A DNA stretch of 64,000 nt from Bdellovibrio sp. GTDB taxonomy: Bacteria > Bdellovibrionota > Bdellovibrionia > Bdellovibrionales > Bdellovibrionaceae. The notes under the pieces are model-generated. The model had not been told where the DNA came from, ran no database searches, and saw nothing but the letters and a program-made list of their open reading frames with translations. Each line of letters begins with the position of its first letter. The first letter of the stretch is position 1. The DNA lies in NCBI GenBank assembly GCA_036676395.1, contig JAKFCY010000002.1:1632001-1696000 (forward strand), read 5' to 3'. The position numbers and the translations under genes are program-made. Of this stretch, positions 19,061-29,283 are shown piece after piece.

Positions 19061-19353
19061 ACATTTCTGTCTCACCCTGAGAAACAGGTTTTGTTATATT
19101 GGATTTGAGGAGTCCAAGACAATTACTGCCTAGAACCTTAGACAACTGTCAGGTTTCTAACAGGCTATGAGCTCCATGGTTTTGGTCCTACGCCTGAACA
19201 AAAGTTCTAAAGTAGTTTTACTTAAAAGAAGAAAAAGCCTCTAATATGGCACTTGAACAATGCTTTGACGGTCTAAAAGAACCTCTTGGATTTGAATGTG
19301 CCTTCTTTTTGCATCAACTTGACTTAATAAACCATTATAACAAAGAAGGTCTT

Positions 19354-19650
19354 ATGAAAATGCATTTAGCTTTATTCACCATTTTGGTATCTTTAAATTC
19401 TTTTGGATATGTTAAAGTAAATCCTTATACCGTGATTAATTATCAATTTAGTGAAATGGTCACTGAGGACGCAAGTGCCGAAGATTTACTTGTAAAATGC
19501 CAAGCTTCTCTTGTCGCCGAGCAAGCTCGATTAACTGCCGCTGGAGACTATGTTTTTCCAGTGACCGACTGCACGATTCGAATCAGCCAGGACTCTCAAA
19601 AAAATATTCAACTTGTTAGTGGCAGTCTTTCGGCTATTCACGAGTTATAA
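19354..19650 (+). CDS. Small secreted hypothetical protein
   Basis: Start reassigned to MKMHLALF (GAAGGT SD); signal peptide ending NSFG. Confidence 0.6.
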   Translation: MKMHLALFTILVSLNSFGYVKVNPYTVINYQFSEMVTEDASAEDLLVKCQASLVAEQARLTAAGDYVFPVTDCTIRISQDSQKNIQLVSGSLSAIHEL

Positions 19651-19666
19651 AGCTAAATAGACTTTA

Positions 19667-19840
19667 TGAACCTACCTCGATTTGATGGACACCAGATTTT
19701 GTGGTAAACACACAAAGGACAGGAGTCCACATGGTTAGAGGTTCTGAAATTAGCTGATCAATCCGCCGTCATCGCGCCACTCATCGTATGGCCTACAGCT
19801 TTACGCATAAATAAATCTTTAAATACTGACAAGTCAGCTA
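19667..19840. mobile_element. Degenerate IS3-family relic (left end plus inverted orfB fragment)
   Basis: TGAACCTACCTCGATTTGATGGACACC terminal-IR-like sequence, AGGAG SD and ATG at 19731; minus strand 19758-19835 encodes DLSVFKDLFMRKAVGHTMSGAMTAD*, resembling the IS3 DDE core. Confidence 0.65.
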
Positions 19841-19879
19841 TTGGCCACTGTCAGATCAAATCCTAACTTCTACAACTAA

Positions 19880-20449
19880 TTAATTGTCTAGTGGGTTTCT
19901 TTCGTAAACTTCCTTCACAGCATTAACATTGTTTTTTAATGACGCCGCAGAGGCGCAAGTTGCTTTAATTTGCAACTGACTCGGAGCTTGATCTGCAGTG
20001 AATTTTAATTGAGTTTCTGATGTGCCTTCAAATTGAAGTGAGCGGTCTACCACGATTTCACCCTGCGTAGTCATACGTCCTGTCCCACATGATTCATTAA
20101 TATCATAAACAGAAGACTCTGTGTAGTAACCAGGAATTATGCTGTAGTACAAAGTGTCTTTTTTTCCTCTGATAATAAGGCGATTTGCATCAATGGTTGC
20201 AATCCCATTCTCATCTGTGAGCGCTATTTGAATATCATTTACGACTTCAACATCATATTTTTTCTTGAACAAATTAGAAAACCAACTCCCACTGTTACCA
20301 CCAGATCCTCTTTCGGTCGTCGAGGCTTTAATTGAGATAGGAAAATCACTCACCGGTTCGCCCGAAGCATCCAAGACGCGAACTTGAAGAGCAGAGGCAG
20401 AGCCCACATAAACCATCATTGTGATTAAAATAAAACTAATTGATTTCAT
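19880..20449 (-). CDS. Secreted hypothetical protein
   Basis: Start MKSISF after AAGGA SD; signal peptide ending ASA. Confidence 0.65.
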   Translation of the reverse strand: MKSISFILITMMVYVGSASALQVRVLDASGEPVSDFPISIKASTTERGSGGNSGSWFSNLFKKKYDVEVVNDIQIALTDENGIATIDANRLIIRGKKDTLYYSIIPGYYTESSVYDINESCGTGRMTTQGEIVVDRSLQFEGTSETQLKFTADQAPSQLQIKATCASAASLKNNVNAVKEVYERNPLDN

Positions 20450-20574
20450 AAAATATCCTTTCAAAAGGGACCACGATATTTTATATGCAATTCCTATGAA
20501 GGCACTAGATGCAATCTAAAAGGTCTTTGATGTCAAAATTTTTGACACTAACAAAAAGTGTTTCCAGAATATGT

Positions 20575-21729
20575 TTAGTTTGAGTTAAGCCATTCAGCCA
20601 CAACCGCAGATTCATTGATCACGCGCTGGCTAATAGCTAAATCTACACCAAAGTAACCAACACCTCGCAATTGGTGCGTGTTAAAAACTTGGGTACTTTT
20701 ATTTTCTAAATTGTAATTCGCATTTGTGTATTTAAACGCTGAAAATAAATTCTGATCTACAGTCGCGGGCAATTTTAGCGATAAATACTCACGTGCGGCT
20801 TGCGCAATATGACAATTTACACAGTCCATGCTTTCAGGATTAAAAAGATTTGGATTTTCAATCGCGTACGAGGCCTGAAGATTTGCAATAGCTTCTGCTT
20901 CAGTAAACACACCTGATGTTGTTGCTTGCTGAACAAAACCACCTAAATTTGATTCTGGAGCTACGGGCGGCTGGGCAATGCCTGCGCCTGTGTAGCCTTT
21001 TGAATTATTAAGTTGGTTAAAAAACATTTGCGAAGTTTTACCGTCTAATCGAGGAATTGCTCCGACAACAAGTTTACCATCAACAACTTCAGCTCCTAAA
21101 AATCCCCAAACATCGTTCATACGGCGCAATACCATGACTGTGACACGACTCAGATTTTTTTCGCCAGCGTACTTAGTAATTAATGTGTTGAATTCACCTA
21201 ATGAAGGACTTTGATCTAAATCTTTTTTCCAGAACGGATGAATGTCTAAAGCTGCTTTTGCATTATCGATTTCAGCTGTTTGAAATTTCTTTTTCCAAGT
21301 TTTTAGATCTGCAATCAGGGATGCGAATTCTTCATCAGTTAAAACATAGAAACTGTGAAAAGCGGCATCAATTGTTGTAACACCTGTGCTGGTTGCTTTG
21401 AGTGGCTGCCAAATCATGCGAATTTGTTTTTGACAGGCCATCGGTGTCGGCAGCGGAAAGCAGTTATCAATACGAACTGTCATCAATCGTGTCATTGCAT
21501 TGATTTCATTTTTTTCGTGCTGCATATCCATGAACGGAAGCTGCATCACCATCGCTTCTGGAACTAATGCTCCTTTAGAGCCTTCTGATTGCAATTTAAG
21601 TAAGTTATTTTCTGCAGCATCAGTTGGTAGCGGCATGATGTAAGTGACGTCGTTTAATCCCCATGAAAGATCTGAGGCTTGAACTAAGAATGGAATCACG
21701 AAAATAAAAGGTAAAATTAATAGTTTCAT
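20575..21729 (-). CDS. Secreted protein with a single CxxCH haem-c motif
   Basis: Signal peptide ending VQA; DCVNCHIA in the C-terminal third. Confidence 0.65.
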   Translation of the reverse strand: MKLLILPFIFVIPFLVQASDLSWGLNDVTYIMPLPTDAAENNLLKLQSEGSKGALVPEAMVMQLPFMDMQHEKNEINAMTRLMTVRIDNCFPLPTPMACQKQIRMIWQPLKATSTGVTTIDAAFHSFYVLTDEEFASLIADLKTWKKKFQTAEIDNAKAALDIHPFWKKDLDQSPSLGEFNTLITKYAGEKNLSRVTVMVLRRMNDVWGFLGAEVVDGKLVVGAIPRLDGKTSQMFFNQLNNSKGYTGAGIAQPPVAPESNLGGFVQQATTSGVFTEAEAIANLQASYAIENPNLFNPESMDCVNCHIAQAAREYLSLKLPATVDQNLFSAFKYTNANYNLENKSTQVFNTHQLRGVGYFGVDLAISQRVINESAVVAEWLNSN

Positions 21730-21825
21730 GGCTCTGAAGTCTTGTCGTAAAGGATTCCGGAATCAATGAAGAAAAGTTACAGGCCAAGCAATCGAATGTG
21801 AGTTGATAATACAAATGCTTAAACG

Positions 21826-22353
21826 TTAGCCAACGCTATGTTGGTGCATATTTATGCGTTCGCGCACCATGCCATAGATAGCAATAAAGAACCCTAAAAC
21901 AATGGCCATATCTGCCACGTTAAACACACCCGTTCTTAAAAACGGAGAGACTTGAAAATCCATGAACATAAAATCGATCACATGACCATTTTCATGCGTC
22001 AGACGATCAATCACATTACCAATGCCACCAGCTAAAATAAATGAATACGCTAACAAGTCTGATAAATTCATTTTGTTTTTAACCAATGACCAAAGCATCA
22101 CAACTAAACCTACTAAAACGAATAAGCCGAACACCACAAAGCGTATTGATCTGGGCATATCGCCACCCATACCAAGAAATGCTCCCGGGTTTTCAGCGTA
22201 AACAAACTGGAATAATCCGCCAAAGTACATAATCGGAGCTTTTCCGACTAAGTGTTCAACGGCCAACACCTTAGTCCATTGATCAACAGCCACAACAGTG
22301 ATTAGAATTAGAAATAATATGAGAAGTCTCTGGCCTGTTGCTAAATTATTCAT
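21826..22353 (-). CDS. lspA: Lipoprotein signal peptidase II
   Basis: DQWTK, NPGAF, GGIGNVIDR, VIDF, FNVAD motifs. Confidence 0.93.
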   Translation of the reverse strand: MNNLATGQRLLILFLILITVVAVDQWTKVLAVEHLVGKAPIMYFGGLFQFVYAENPGAFLGMGGDMPRSIRFVVFGLFVLVGLVVMLWSLVKNKMNLSDLLAYSFILAGGIGNVIDRLTHENGHVIDFMFMDFQVSPFLRTGVFNVADMAIVLGFFIAIYGMVRERINMHQHSVG

Positions 22354-23260
22354 GCTTTCATTTTGCTTAATTGCCGAAGCTTCGGCAACTGAAAAAGTCT
22401 CGCCCTATGTGGGATTGGGATCAGACATGTTCGCTTTTAATATAGATAGCTTTAGCGATGCCCAGAAAGAACTCGCCTATGAGCCCAATATTCCCGGCCT
22501 TACGCGCGTGGGAATCAGCGCTTTTGGCTTAGGGGCGTCACTTTCGACCCGCGGCTCCGCAAAAGATTTAGAAGAAGCTAAGGGTGAAAGCGAGTTTTTT
22601 GATTTTCAAGTGGGCTACCACAACACCAAATGGGGTGTTGATCTGTACGTGCAAAACTATGAAGGTTTTTATCTTAAAAATTCTGAAGATGTTGGCGGCA
22701 CCTCTGACTATTATCTTTTTCCTGATGTTAAATTTAATCATTACGGCTTAATGGGTCGCTATGCTTTAGATAACAATGGCTTTTCAATTTCTGGATTATT
22801 AAATCAATCTGATGAAATTACAAAATCTGCAGGCAGTTATTTTTTAATTGGTGGACTTCGTCAACATAGCTTTGAAACAGAAAACACACTGATCCCAGCC
22901 CCCCTTCAGGGTGTTAATGTTGATATGGATAATTTAAGAAAACTTTCAGTGAATACATTAAATCTGGGAGTTGGTGCTGGTAAGTACTGGGTATCGTCTT
23001 CAAAATTTTTTATCGGAGCCGTAATTGATGCGATGGGAACGTTTGGACTCTATAAATACACGCTCACTACCGAAAATCGTTCAAGCGATTACGGCACCTT
23101 AAGTGTCTCAGCAAAATTAGGAACAGGCTATGCCGGAAAAAAATGGCGCTCTGGCATTAGCGCTTATACGGACTCAACAACTCTTCAGGCTCTTGATCGA
23201 ACGTACATAAAACCTCAGGCCATGGCCTTTATGATTTATGTACGTTATGTTTTTGATTAA
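22319..23260 (+). CDS. Outer-membrane beta-barrel protein (DUF4421-like)
   Basis: Signal peptide MRSLWPVAKLFMLSFCLIAEASA; DLY.Q.YEGFY, KSAGS motifs; C-terminal YVRYVFD. Start uncertain (22319 or 22352). Confidence 0.65.
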   Translation: MRSLWPVAKLFMLSFCLIAEASATEKVSPYVGLGSDMFAFNIDSFSDAQKELAYEPNIPGLTRVGISAFGLGASLSTRGSAKDLEEAKGESEFFDFQVGYHNTKWGVDLYVQNYEGFYLKNSEDVGGTSDYYLFPDVKFNHYGLMGRYALDNNGFSISGLLNQSDEITKSAGSYFLIGGLRQHSFETENTLIPAPLQGVNVDMDNLRKLSVNTLNLGVGAGKYWVSSSKFFIGAVIDAMGTFGLYKYTLTTENRSSDYGTLSVSAKLGTGYAGKKWRSGISAYTDSTTLQALDRTYIKPQAMAFMIYVRYVFD

Positions 23261-23263
23261 TTC

Positions 23264-25444
23264 TTAATTATAAAATTTCTTACCAGAACTTGCACGCTCA
23301 GCTAATTTAACACTTGGTGATAAACGAGCTTTAGCATTCCTGCTAGATGCGTAGTGAGTTAAACGCTCAGCTACGTACTTACAACCAACGCTATCAGCAT
23401 ACTTTAATAAACCACCACGGAATGGCGGAAATCCTGTACCCATAATCATCGCAAGATCGACTTCATGCGGAGTCTCAACGATTTTATCTGCATCTAAAGC
23501 TAAACAGCATTCGTTAATCATCGCAAACACACCGCGCTCAACACACTCTTTTGCATCATACGGGTTTGTACGCGCACTTAAGCCAAGTTCAGTGTAAACA
23601 GATTGATCGACTTCAGTTTTACGACCGTTGTGATCATACTTGTAAAAGCCTAAATTAGTTTTTTGACCTAACCGTGATTTATTTGCGGCAAGTTTTTCCA
23701 TGATTGGACTTACTTCAACGCGATCTGGATAAGCTGCACTAAATATTTTTAGAACTTTTGCACCCACATCTAAACCAACGCTATCCATTAATTCAAATGG
23801 ACCCATTGGCATACCAAATTTTAAGTAAGCTTTATCGACAGATTCGATATCCATGCCTTCAGTTAACAAGAAAGCCGCTTCTGCCATGTATGGTAATAAT
23901 AGACGATTTACTAAAAAGCCTGGACCGTCTTTTACAACTACTGGCATTTTTCCCATTTTTTTCGACAATTCAAAAACCGTAGAAATTGTTTCATCCGAAG
24001 ATTTTGGTCCGCGAATAACTTCAACTAATGGCATTTTGTGAACCGGAGAGAAAAAGTGCATACCTGCAAAATATTCTGGACGTGGATGACCATCAGCCAT
24101 TTCAGTCACAGATAATGATGAAGTGTTTGTTACGATAATTGCATCTTCACGCATATTTTTTGCAGTTTCTGCGATGACTTTTTTCTTAATATTCATATCT
24201 TCAACGATAGCTTCAACAACCACATCTAGGTTTTTGAATCCTGAAAAATCAAGAGTCGTAGAAACTAACGAAGTTTTTTGCGCGAATTGATAATTATCAA
24301 TCACTTTTTTCTTAGTTAATTTTTTCCAAAGATCGTAAGCATGTTTTAAGGCTTTAACGTTAGCATCATGAGAAATATCTTTTACACGCACGCCGATACC
24401 TTTATCAGCCGCCACATAAGCAATACCGCCACCCATTGTTCCGGCACCTAAAACACCGATATTTTTAACTGGTTTTGCTTTTACATTTTTATCGGCAACG
24501 CCAGTAGATTTTTTAACCATTTCAGTTAAATAAAATACGTGAATTAAGTTTTTAGAAATATCAGTTAAAGCACATCTTACAAAGTGATCTTTTTCGATCT
24601 CTAAGGCTTTCGCACGATCAGACATGCCGTAAGATTTTTTAATCACTTCTAAAGCTTCAAGCGGAGCTGGGTAATGACCTTTAGTCGCTTTTAAAGTGGC
24701 TTTTTTAGCTTGTGAAAACACAACGCCTTTTAATGGCCCTTCTAAAAGTTTTGCAACCATTCCTTTAGGACGGAACGTCTTTCTGCGTTTACCCTTACCA
24801 GAAGCTAAAATCTTTTCGATTTCTTTTTCTGCAAATGATTCTAACAAATTAGGATGAACCATGTAATCAACTAAACCGATTTTTAAAGCTTTTTTAGCGG
24901 CTAATAATTTACCAGCTAAAATCACATCTAATGCGGCTTGAATACCAACAACACGTGGTAAACGCACACAGCCGCCAAACCCAGGTAGAATTCCTAATTG
25001 AGTTTCTGGAAGGCCAATGCGAGTTGATGAATCATCTGAAGCGATACGATAATCACAGGCTAAGATAAATTCACAACCTCCGCCAGCGCAAGCGCCGTTG
25101 ATCAAAGCCATTGTTGGCATTGGCAGATCTTCAACCATGTTCATGATTTCTTGACCACCGCCGACGGCGTGACGAACAGCTTCTTCAGTATTTAATGCTT
25201 TGATTTCTTCAATATCTGCGCCAGCGATAAAAATTTTCGGCTTTACTGATTTAAAAACAACAAATTTATATGACGACGTACTTAACTTTTGAATAAGTGC
25301 TTTGAATTCATTCATCACCGGAGTTGAAAACTTATTAACTTTTTCTCCTGGTAAATCAAAAGTAACTGTCGCAATTCCGTTTTTTTCAGTTACAGAAAAT
25401 GCTTTTGCAGATGTATTTCCTTGAGTGGTTTTTTCTAATTCCAT
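23264..25444 (-). CDS. fadJ: Fatty-acid oxidation complex alpha subunit (enoyl-CoA hydratase / 3-hydroxyacyl-CoA dehydrogenase), FadJ/FadB type
   Basis: FIAGADI, GLPETQLGILPG, GAGTMGGG, GMHFFSP, GFPPFRGG. Confidence 0.88.
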   Translation of the reverse strand: MELEKTTQGNTSAKAFSVTEKNGIATVTFDLPGEKVNKFSTPVMNEFKALIQKLSTSSYKFVVFKSVKPKIFIAGADIEEIKALNTEEAVRHAVGGGQEIMNMVEDLPMPTMALINGACAGGGCEFILACDYRIASDDSSTRIGLPETQLGILPGFGGCVRLPRVVGIQAALDVILAGKLLAAKKALKIGLVDYMVHPNLLESFAEKEIEKILASGKGKRRKTFRPKGMVAKLLEGPLKGVVFSQAKKATLKATKGHYPAPLEALEVIKKSYGMSDRAKALEIEKDHFVRCALTDISKNLIHVFYLTEMVKKSTGVADKNVKAKPVKNIGVLGAGTMGGGIAYVAADKGIGVRVKDISHDANVKALKHAYDLWKKLTKKKVIDNYQFAQKTSLVSTTLDFSGFKNLDVVVEAIVEDMNIKKKVIAETAKNMREDAIIVTNTSSLSVTEMADGHPRPEYFAGMHFFSPVHKMPLVEVIRGPKSSDETISTVFELSKKMGKMPVVVKDGPGFLVNRLLLPYMAEAAFLLTEGMDIESVDKAYLKFGMPMGPFELMDSVGLDVGAKVLKIFSAAYPDRVEVSPIMEKLAANKSRLGQKTNLGFYKYDHNGRKTEVDQSVYTELGLSARTNPYDAKECVERGVFAMINECCLALDADKIVETPHEVDLAMIMGTGFPPFRGGLLKYADSVGCKYVAERLTHYASSRNAKARLSPSVKLAERASSGKKFYN

Positions 25445-25452
25445 GTTCTCAA

Positions 25453-26793
25453 TTACCCTTCGTTTTCAATAACCATGGTGCCACCTTGGCCGCCACCGAT
25501 ACATAAAGTTGCTAATCCGAATTGTTTATTCGAACGTTTTAATTCTTTAGCTAATGTTAAAACCAAACGTGTGCCCGTAGCGCCTACCGGATGACCTAAA
25601 GCAATCGCTCCACCATTCACGTTTAAAATGTCATCAGTCACTGTTCCGACTTTAGCTGATAAACCTAATTTATCTTGAGCAAATTTGTCTGAATCAAAAG
25701 CTTTTTGACAAGCCATCACTTGGGCTGCGAAAGCTTCGTTAAGTTCTATACGATTCATATCTTTCATTGTAAGACCTGAACGACGAAGTGCAATAGGCGT
25801 CGAATAAACCGGGCCCAAACCCATTCTTTCAGGTTCACAACCTGCAAACGCATAACCGCGAATTTTCGCAATTGGTTTATAACCTAAGCTTTGCGCTTTT
25901 TCGCGCGACATGATTAACAACATCGCGGCGCCATCTGTAATTGGACAAGCATTACCGGCAGTGATTGTTCCTGTGACTTTGTCGACCATCGGTTTTAATT
26001 TTCCAAGGGCTTGCATAGTTTGTTCAGCACGAGGCCCGATATCTTCAGTCACAACATCTTTAAAATCTGGCTCTACATAAAGCGGAGTCATCTCTTCAGC
26101 GAATTTTGCTTTAGCACCGGCTGCTTTTAAATGTGAAGCTAGGGCGAAAGCATCTTGGGCTTCACGAGTTAAACCCCACTCCTTTGCTAAAATTTCTGCA
26201 GTTCCCATCATGTTGATTCCAACAAAAGGATCTGTAAGACCTTCAACAATTGAAATGATGGGTTTGTATTTTGTTTTCATCATCGGAGGTGTAGTTACCA
26301 TCTCTTTGATTTGCGAAAGATCAGCTTTAAACCAAGCCCATAATGCAGCCATACGTTGACCCGGAGTTTTAGCTGAACCTAATTTTTCTAAAATAGACGT
26401 AATTGAGGGTGGCATAATCAGAGGCATTTGCGACATATTTTCAGTTCCGCCAACTAATAATGCATCCATAGAGCCAGCTTTAATTTTCTCGAAACCAATC
26501 GAGATACTTTCTAACGCTGACGCACAGTTTCTGTGAACCGTAGAAGCTGAAGTTTTTTGCGGAACTCCTGAATTTAAAGCAATAACTCGGGCAATATTTA
26601 CGGCATCCGAAGGAGAACCCGTATTACCGATGATGACTTCATCAATAACGTTCACATCCAAATTCGTACGCGCGATCAAATCCTTCATGGCCACTTGGCC
26701 AAGTTTTGCAGCATGTACACTTTTTAATTTTGTTCCCGCTTTTGCAAATGGAGTACGCACTCCTTCGACAATCACAACATCTCTGTTAGACAT
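25453..26793 (-). CDS. fadI: Acetyl-CoA C-acyltransferase (thiolase), FadI/FadA type
   Basis: RTPF, NCASA catalytic Cys, NEAFA, GHPVGATG, CIGGGQG. Confidence 0.85.
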   Translation of the reverse strand: MSNRDVVIVEGVRTPFAKAGTKLKSVHAAKLGQVAMKDLIARTNLDVNVIDEVIIGNTGSPSDAVNIARVIALNSGVPQKTSASTVHRNCASALESISIGFEKIKAGSMDALLVGGTENMSQMPLIMPPSITSILEKLGSAKTPGQRMAALWAWFKADLSQIKEMVTTPPMMKTKYKPIISIVEGLTDPFVGINMMGTAEILAKEWGLTREAQDAFALASHLKAAGAKAKFAEEMTPLYVEPDFKDVVTEDIGPRAEQTMQALGKLKPMVDKVTGTITAGNACPITDGAAMLLIMSREKAQSLGYKPIAKIRGYAFAGCEPERMGLGPVYSTPIALRRSGLTMKDMNRIELNEAFAAQVMACQKAFDSDKFAQDKLGLSAKVGTVTDDILNVNGGAIALGHPVGATGTRLVLTLAKELKRSNKQFGLATLCIGGGQGGTMVIENEG

Positions 26794-26937
26794 ATAAACA
26801 CCTCACTGTGAAAACTAACCTATAAAGCGTAAACCCAAATGAGAGCTAAAGCAATTGACGCCTATCAATATAGGACGTCTGTAATGATTGACCCTCGAAA
26901 GGTGTCAAACCTAGAATGAAAACTCTAGGAGAGAACT

Positions 26938-29283
26938 TTGAAAACTTCTGTAAATAAAACGAACCCAACTACTCAATCTGATAAAGCAACTGAACGTTCA
27001 AATTTTGATAAACAAGCCTTGGATTTTCACCAATTTCCAAAACCAGGTAAGATCGAAGTCATTTCAACAAAACCGTGTAACACCGAGAAAGCATTGGCTT
27101 TAGCTTATTCTCCAGGTGTTGCTGTTCCCTGCAAAGTGATCGCTAAAAACCCAGACGCGGTTTACGACTACACTTCAAAAGGAAACCTGGTTGCCGTGAT
27201 TTCTGATGGTACCGCAGTACTTGGTCTAGGCAACATCGGCCCCTTAGCTTCAAAACCAGTCATGGAAGGTAAAGGAATTTTGTTTAAAAACTTTGCTGGC
27301 ATCGATGTGTTCGATATCGAAGTTAAATCTTCATCAGCTGCAGAATTTATCGCGGCGGTTAGAACTTTAGAGCCCACGTTTGGTGGTATTAATTTAGAAG
27401 ATATTAAAGCCCCAGAATGTTTTGAAATTGAAGAGACTTTAAAAAAAGAAATGAACATTCCGGTATTTCACGATGATCAACATGGAACTGCGATTGTTTC
27501 AGCCGCAGCGCTAATCAATGCCTGCCAAATCGTGAACAAAAAAATTGGCGAAGTTAAGCTTGTCGTGAATGGTGCCGGAGCCGCATCGATTGCCTGTACG
27601 AAAATCTTTGTTAGCCTTGGGGTTAAAAAAGAAAATGTGATCATGTGCGATACAACTGGTGTGATTTTTAAAGGCCGCACCAACGGCATGAACAAATACA
27701 AAGAAGAATTTGCCAATGCCACAACTAAACGTACTTTGTCTGAAGCCCTTGAAAATGCAGATGTTTTCATAGGCCTTTCTGCCGCAGGTGCTGTGACAGG
27801 TGATATGGTAAAAACTATGGCGAAAGATCCAATCATTTTCGCCATGGCAAATCCAGATCCAGAAATTACTCCGGATGTAGCTCGCGCTGCCCGTCCGGAT
27901 GCCATCGTTGCCACCGGCCGTTCGGATTTTCCGAATCAAGTGAATAACGTTTTAGGATTTCCGTCGATCTTTCGCGGAGCCTTAGACACTCGTTCGACAC
28001 AAATTAATGAAGAAATGAAATTAGCTGCTGTTCACGCGTTAGCAAAACTTGCCCGCGAAGAAGTCCCTGACACTGTTTCTGCAAGCTACGGCGGACAAAA
28101 ATTTAAGTTTGGCCGTGATTATTTAATTCCAAAACCATTTGATACGCGCGTATTGATGTGGGTGGCTCCGGCTGTTGCAAAAGCAGCTATGGATTCTGGT
28201 GTTGCTAGAATCAAAATTACTGATTGGAATCAATATCGCGATCGCTTGGAAGCCATTCAAGGTCCACAAAAAGTTTTCATCAGATCTGCGATCAATCAAG
28301 TGCATGCAAACTCTGATCGCCAAGGTGCACTTCCGCGCGTAGTGTTTCCAGAAGGCTCAAGTTCAAAAATTTTAAAATCGATCAGATCTTTGATCGATGA
28401 AAAAATCTGTCATCCGATCGTGATCGGCAATCCAGATGTGATTCGCGAAAAAGCAAAAAAACACAGTATTCATATGGATGGCATTGAGATTTTAAATATT
28501 CAAGGTCACCCCAAATTTCATCAGTACTCAGAAGAGCTTTATAAACGCCGTCAACGCAAAGGCGTGAACATTAAAGAAGCCGAACGTTTAATGAATGATC
28601 CAAGTTACTTTGCAGCCATGATGCTTGATCAAGGTGATGCCGATGGCATGGTGAATGGCGCAACCACAAATTACTCGCAAGCGGTAAAACCAATTTTACA
28701 TGCGATCGGTTTAGCAAAAGATCACGTGCCTGCGGGCTTAAATATTTTAATATCTGACGACAGATTTTTATTTTTATCTGACACCACTGTAAATATTAAT
28801 CCAACGGCTGAACAATTAGCGCAAATCGCTATTCAAACAGCATTGATTGCAGAACATTTCGGTCAAAAACCAAGAATTGCGATGTTAAGTTTTTCAAATT
28901 TCAGTGGCGCCGATGGAACCCCTGCAAAAATGAAAAAGGCCGCAGAACTGGTTCGCCAGCTTCGCCCAGACTTAACCGTTGAAGGTGATATGCAAGCAGA
29001 CACCGCGGTCAGCGCAGAAATTCAAAGTCGCATCTTCCCGTTTTCACAATTAGGCGGCGAAGCAAATATTCTGATTTTTCCAAATTTAGAAAGTGCGAAT
29101 ATCTCGTATAAACTTTTACAACAGCTTGGAAAAGTTGAAGTCATCGGGCCTTTCTTAATGGGTGTACGTCGTGCAGCCAACGTTTTACAACGTACAACAA
29201 CTGAAGAAACTATTTTCAGCTCAGTGGTGTTAACTGCACTTGAAGCTCAGATTATTAAGGATCGCCGTACGGTGAAACACTAG
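26938..29283 (+). CDS. maeB: NADP-dependent malic enzyme with PTA domain
   Basis: AYSPGVA, PVMEGK, INLEDI, HDDQHGT, GAGAA, ATGRSD; C-terminal PTA-like domain; TTG start after GGAG. Confidence 0.95.
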   Translation: MKTSVNKTNPTTQSDKATERSNFDKQALDFHQFPKPGKIEVISTKPCNTEKALALAYSPGVAVPCKVIAKNPDAVYDYTSKGNLVAVISDGTAVLGLGNIGPLASKPVMEGKGILFKNFAGIDVFDIEVKSSSAAEFIAAVRTLEPTFGGINLEDIKAPECFEIEETLKKEMNIPVFHDDQHGTAIVSAAALINACQIVNKKIGEVKLVVNGAGAASIACTKIFVSLGVKKENVIMCDTTGVIFKGRTNGMNKYKEEFANATTKRTLSEALENADVFIGLSAAGAVTGDMVKTMAKDPIIFAMANPDPEITPDVARAARPDAIVATGRSDFPNQVNNVLGFPSIFRGALDTRSTQINEEMKLAAVHALAKLAREEVPDTVSASYGGQKFKFGRDYLIPKPFDTRVLMWVAPAVAKAAMDSGVARIKITDWNQYRDRLEAIQGPQKVFIRSAINQVHANSDRQGALPRVVFPEGSSSKILKSIRSLIDEKICHPIVIGNPDVIREKAKKHSIHMDGIEILNIQGHPKFHQYSEELYKRRQRKGVNIKEAERLMNDPSYFAAMMLDQGDADGMVNGATTNYSQAVKPILHAIGLAKDHVPAGLNILISDDRFLFLSDTTVNINPTAEQLAQIAIQTALIAEHFGQKPRIAMLSFSNFSGADGTPAKMKKAAELVRQLRPDLTVEGDMQADTAVSAEIQSRIFPFSQLGGEANILIFPNLESANISYKLLQQLGKVEVIGPFLMGVRRAANVLQRTTTEETIFSSVVLTALEAQIIKDRRTVKH

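Noticed and set aside
19246..19353. N-terminal extensions from the ORF track here and at 34225, 34914, 50134, 60352, 62916
   Set aside because: Internal starts with better SD and/or signal-peptide context fit better; the 34225 extension overlaps a sigma54 promoter.
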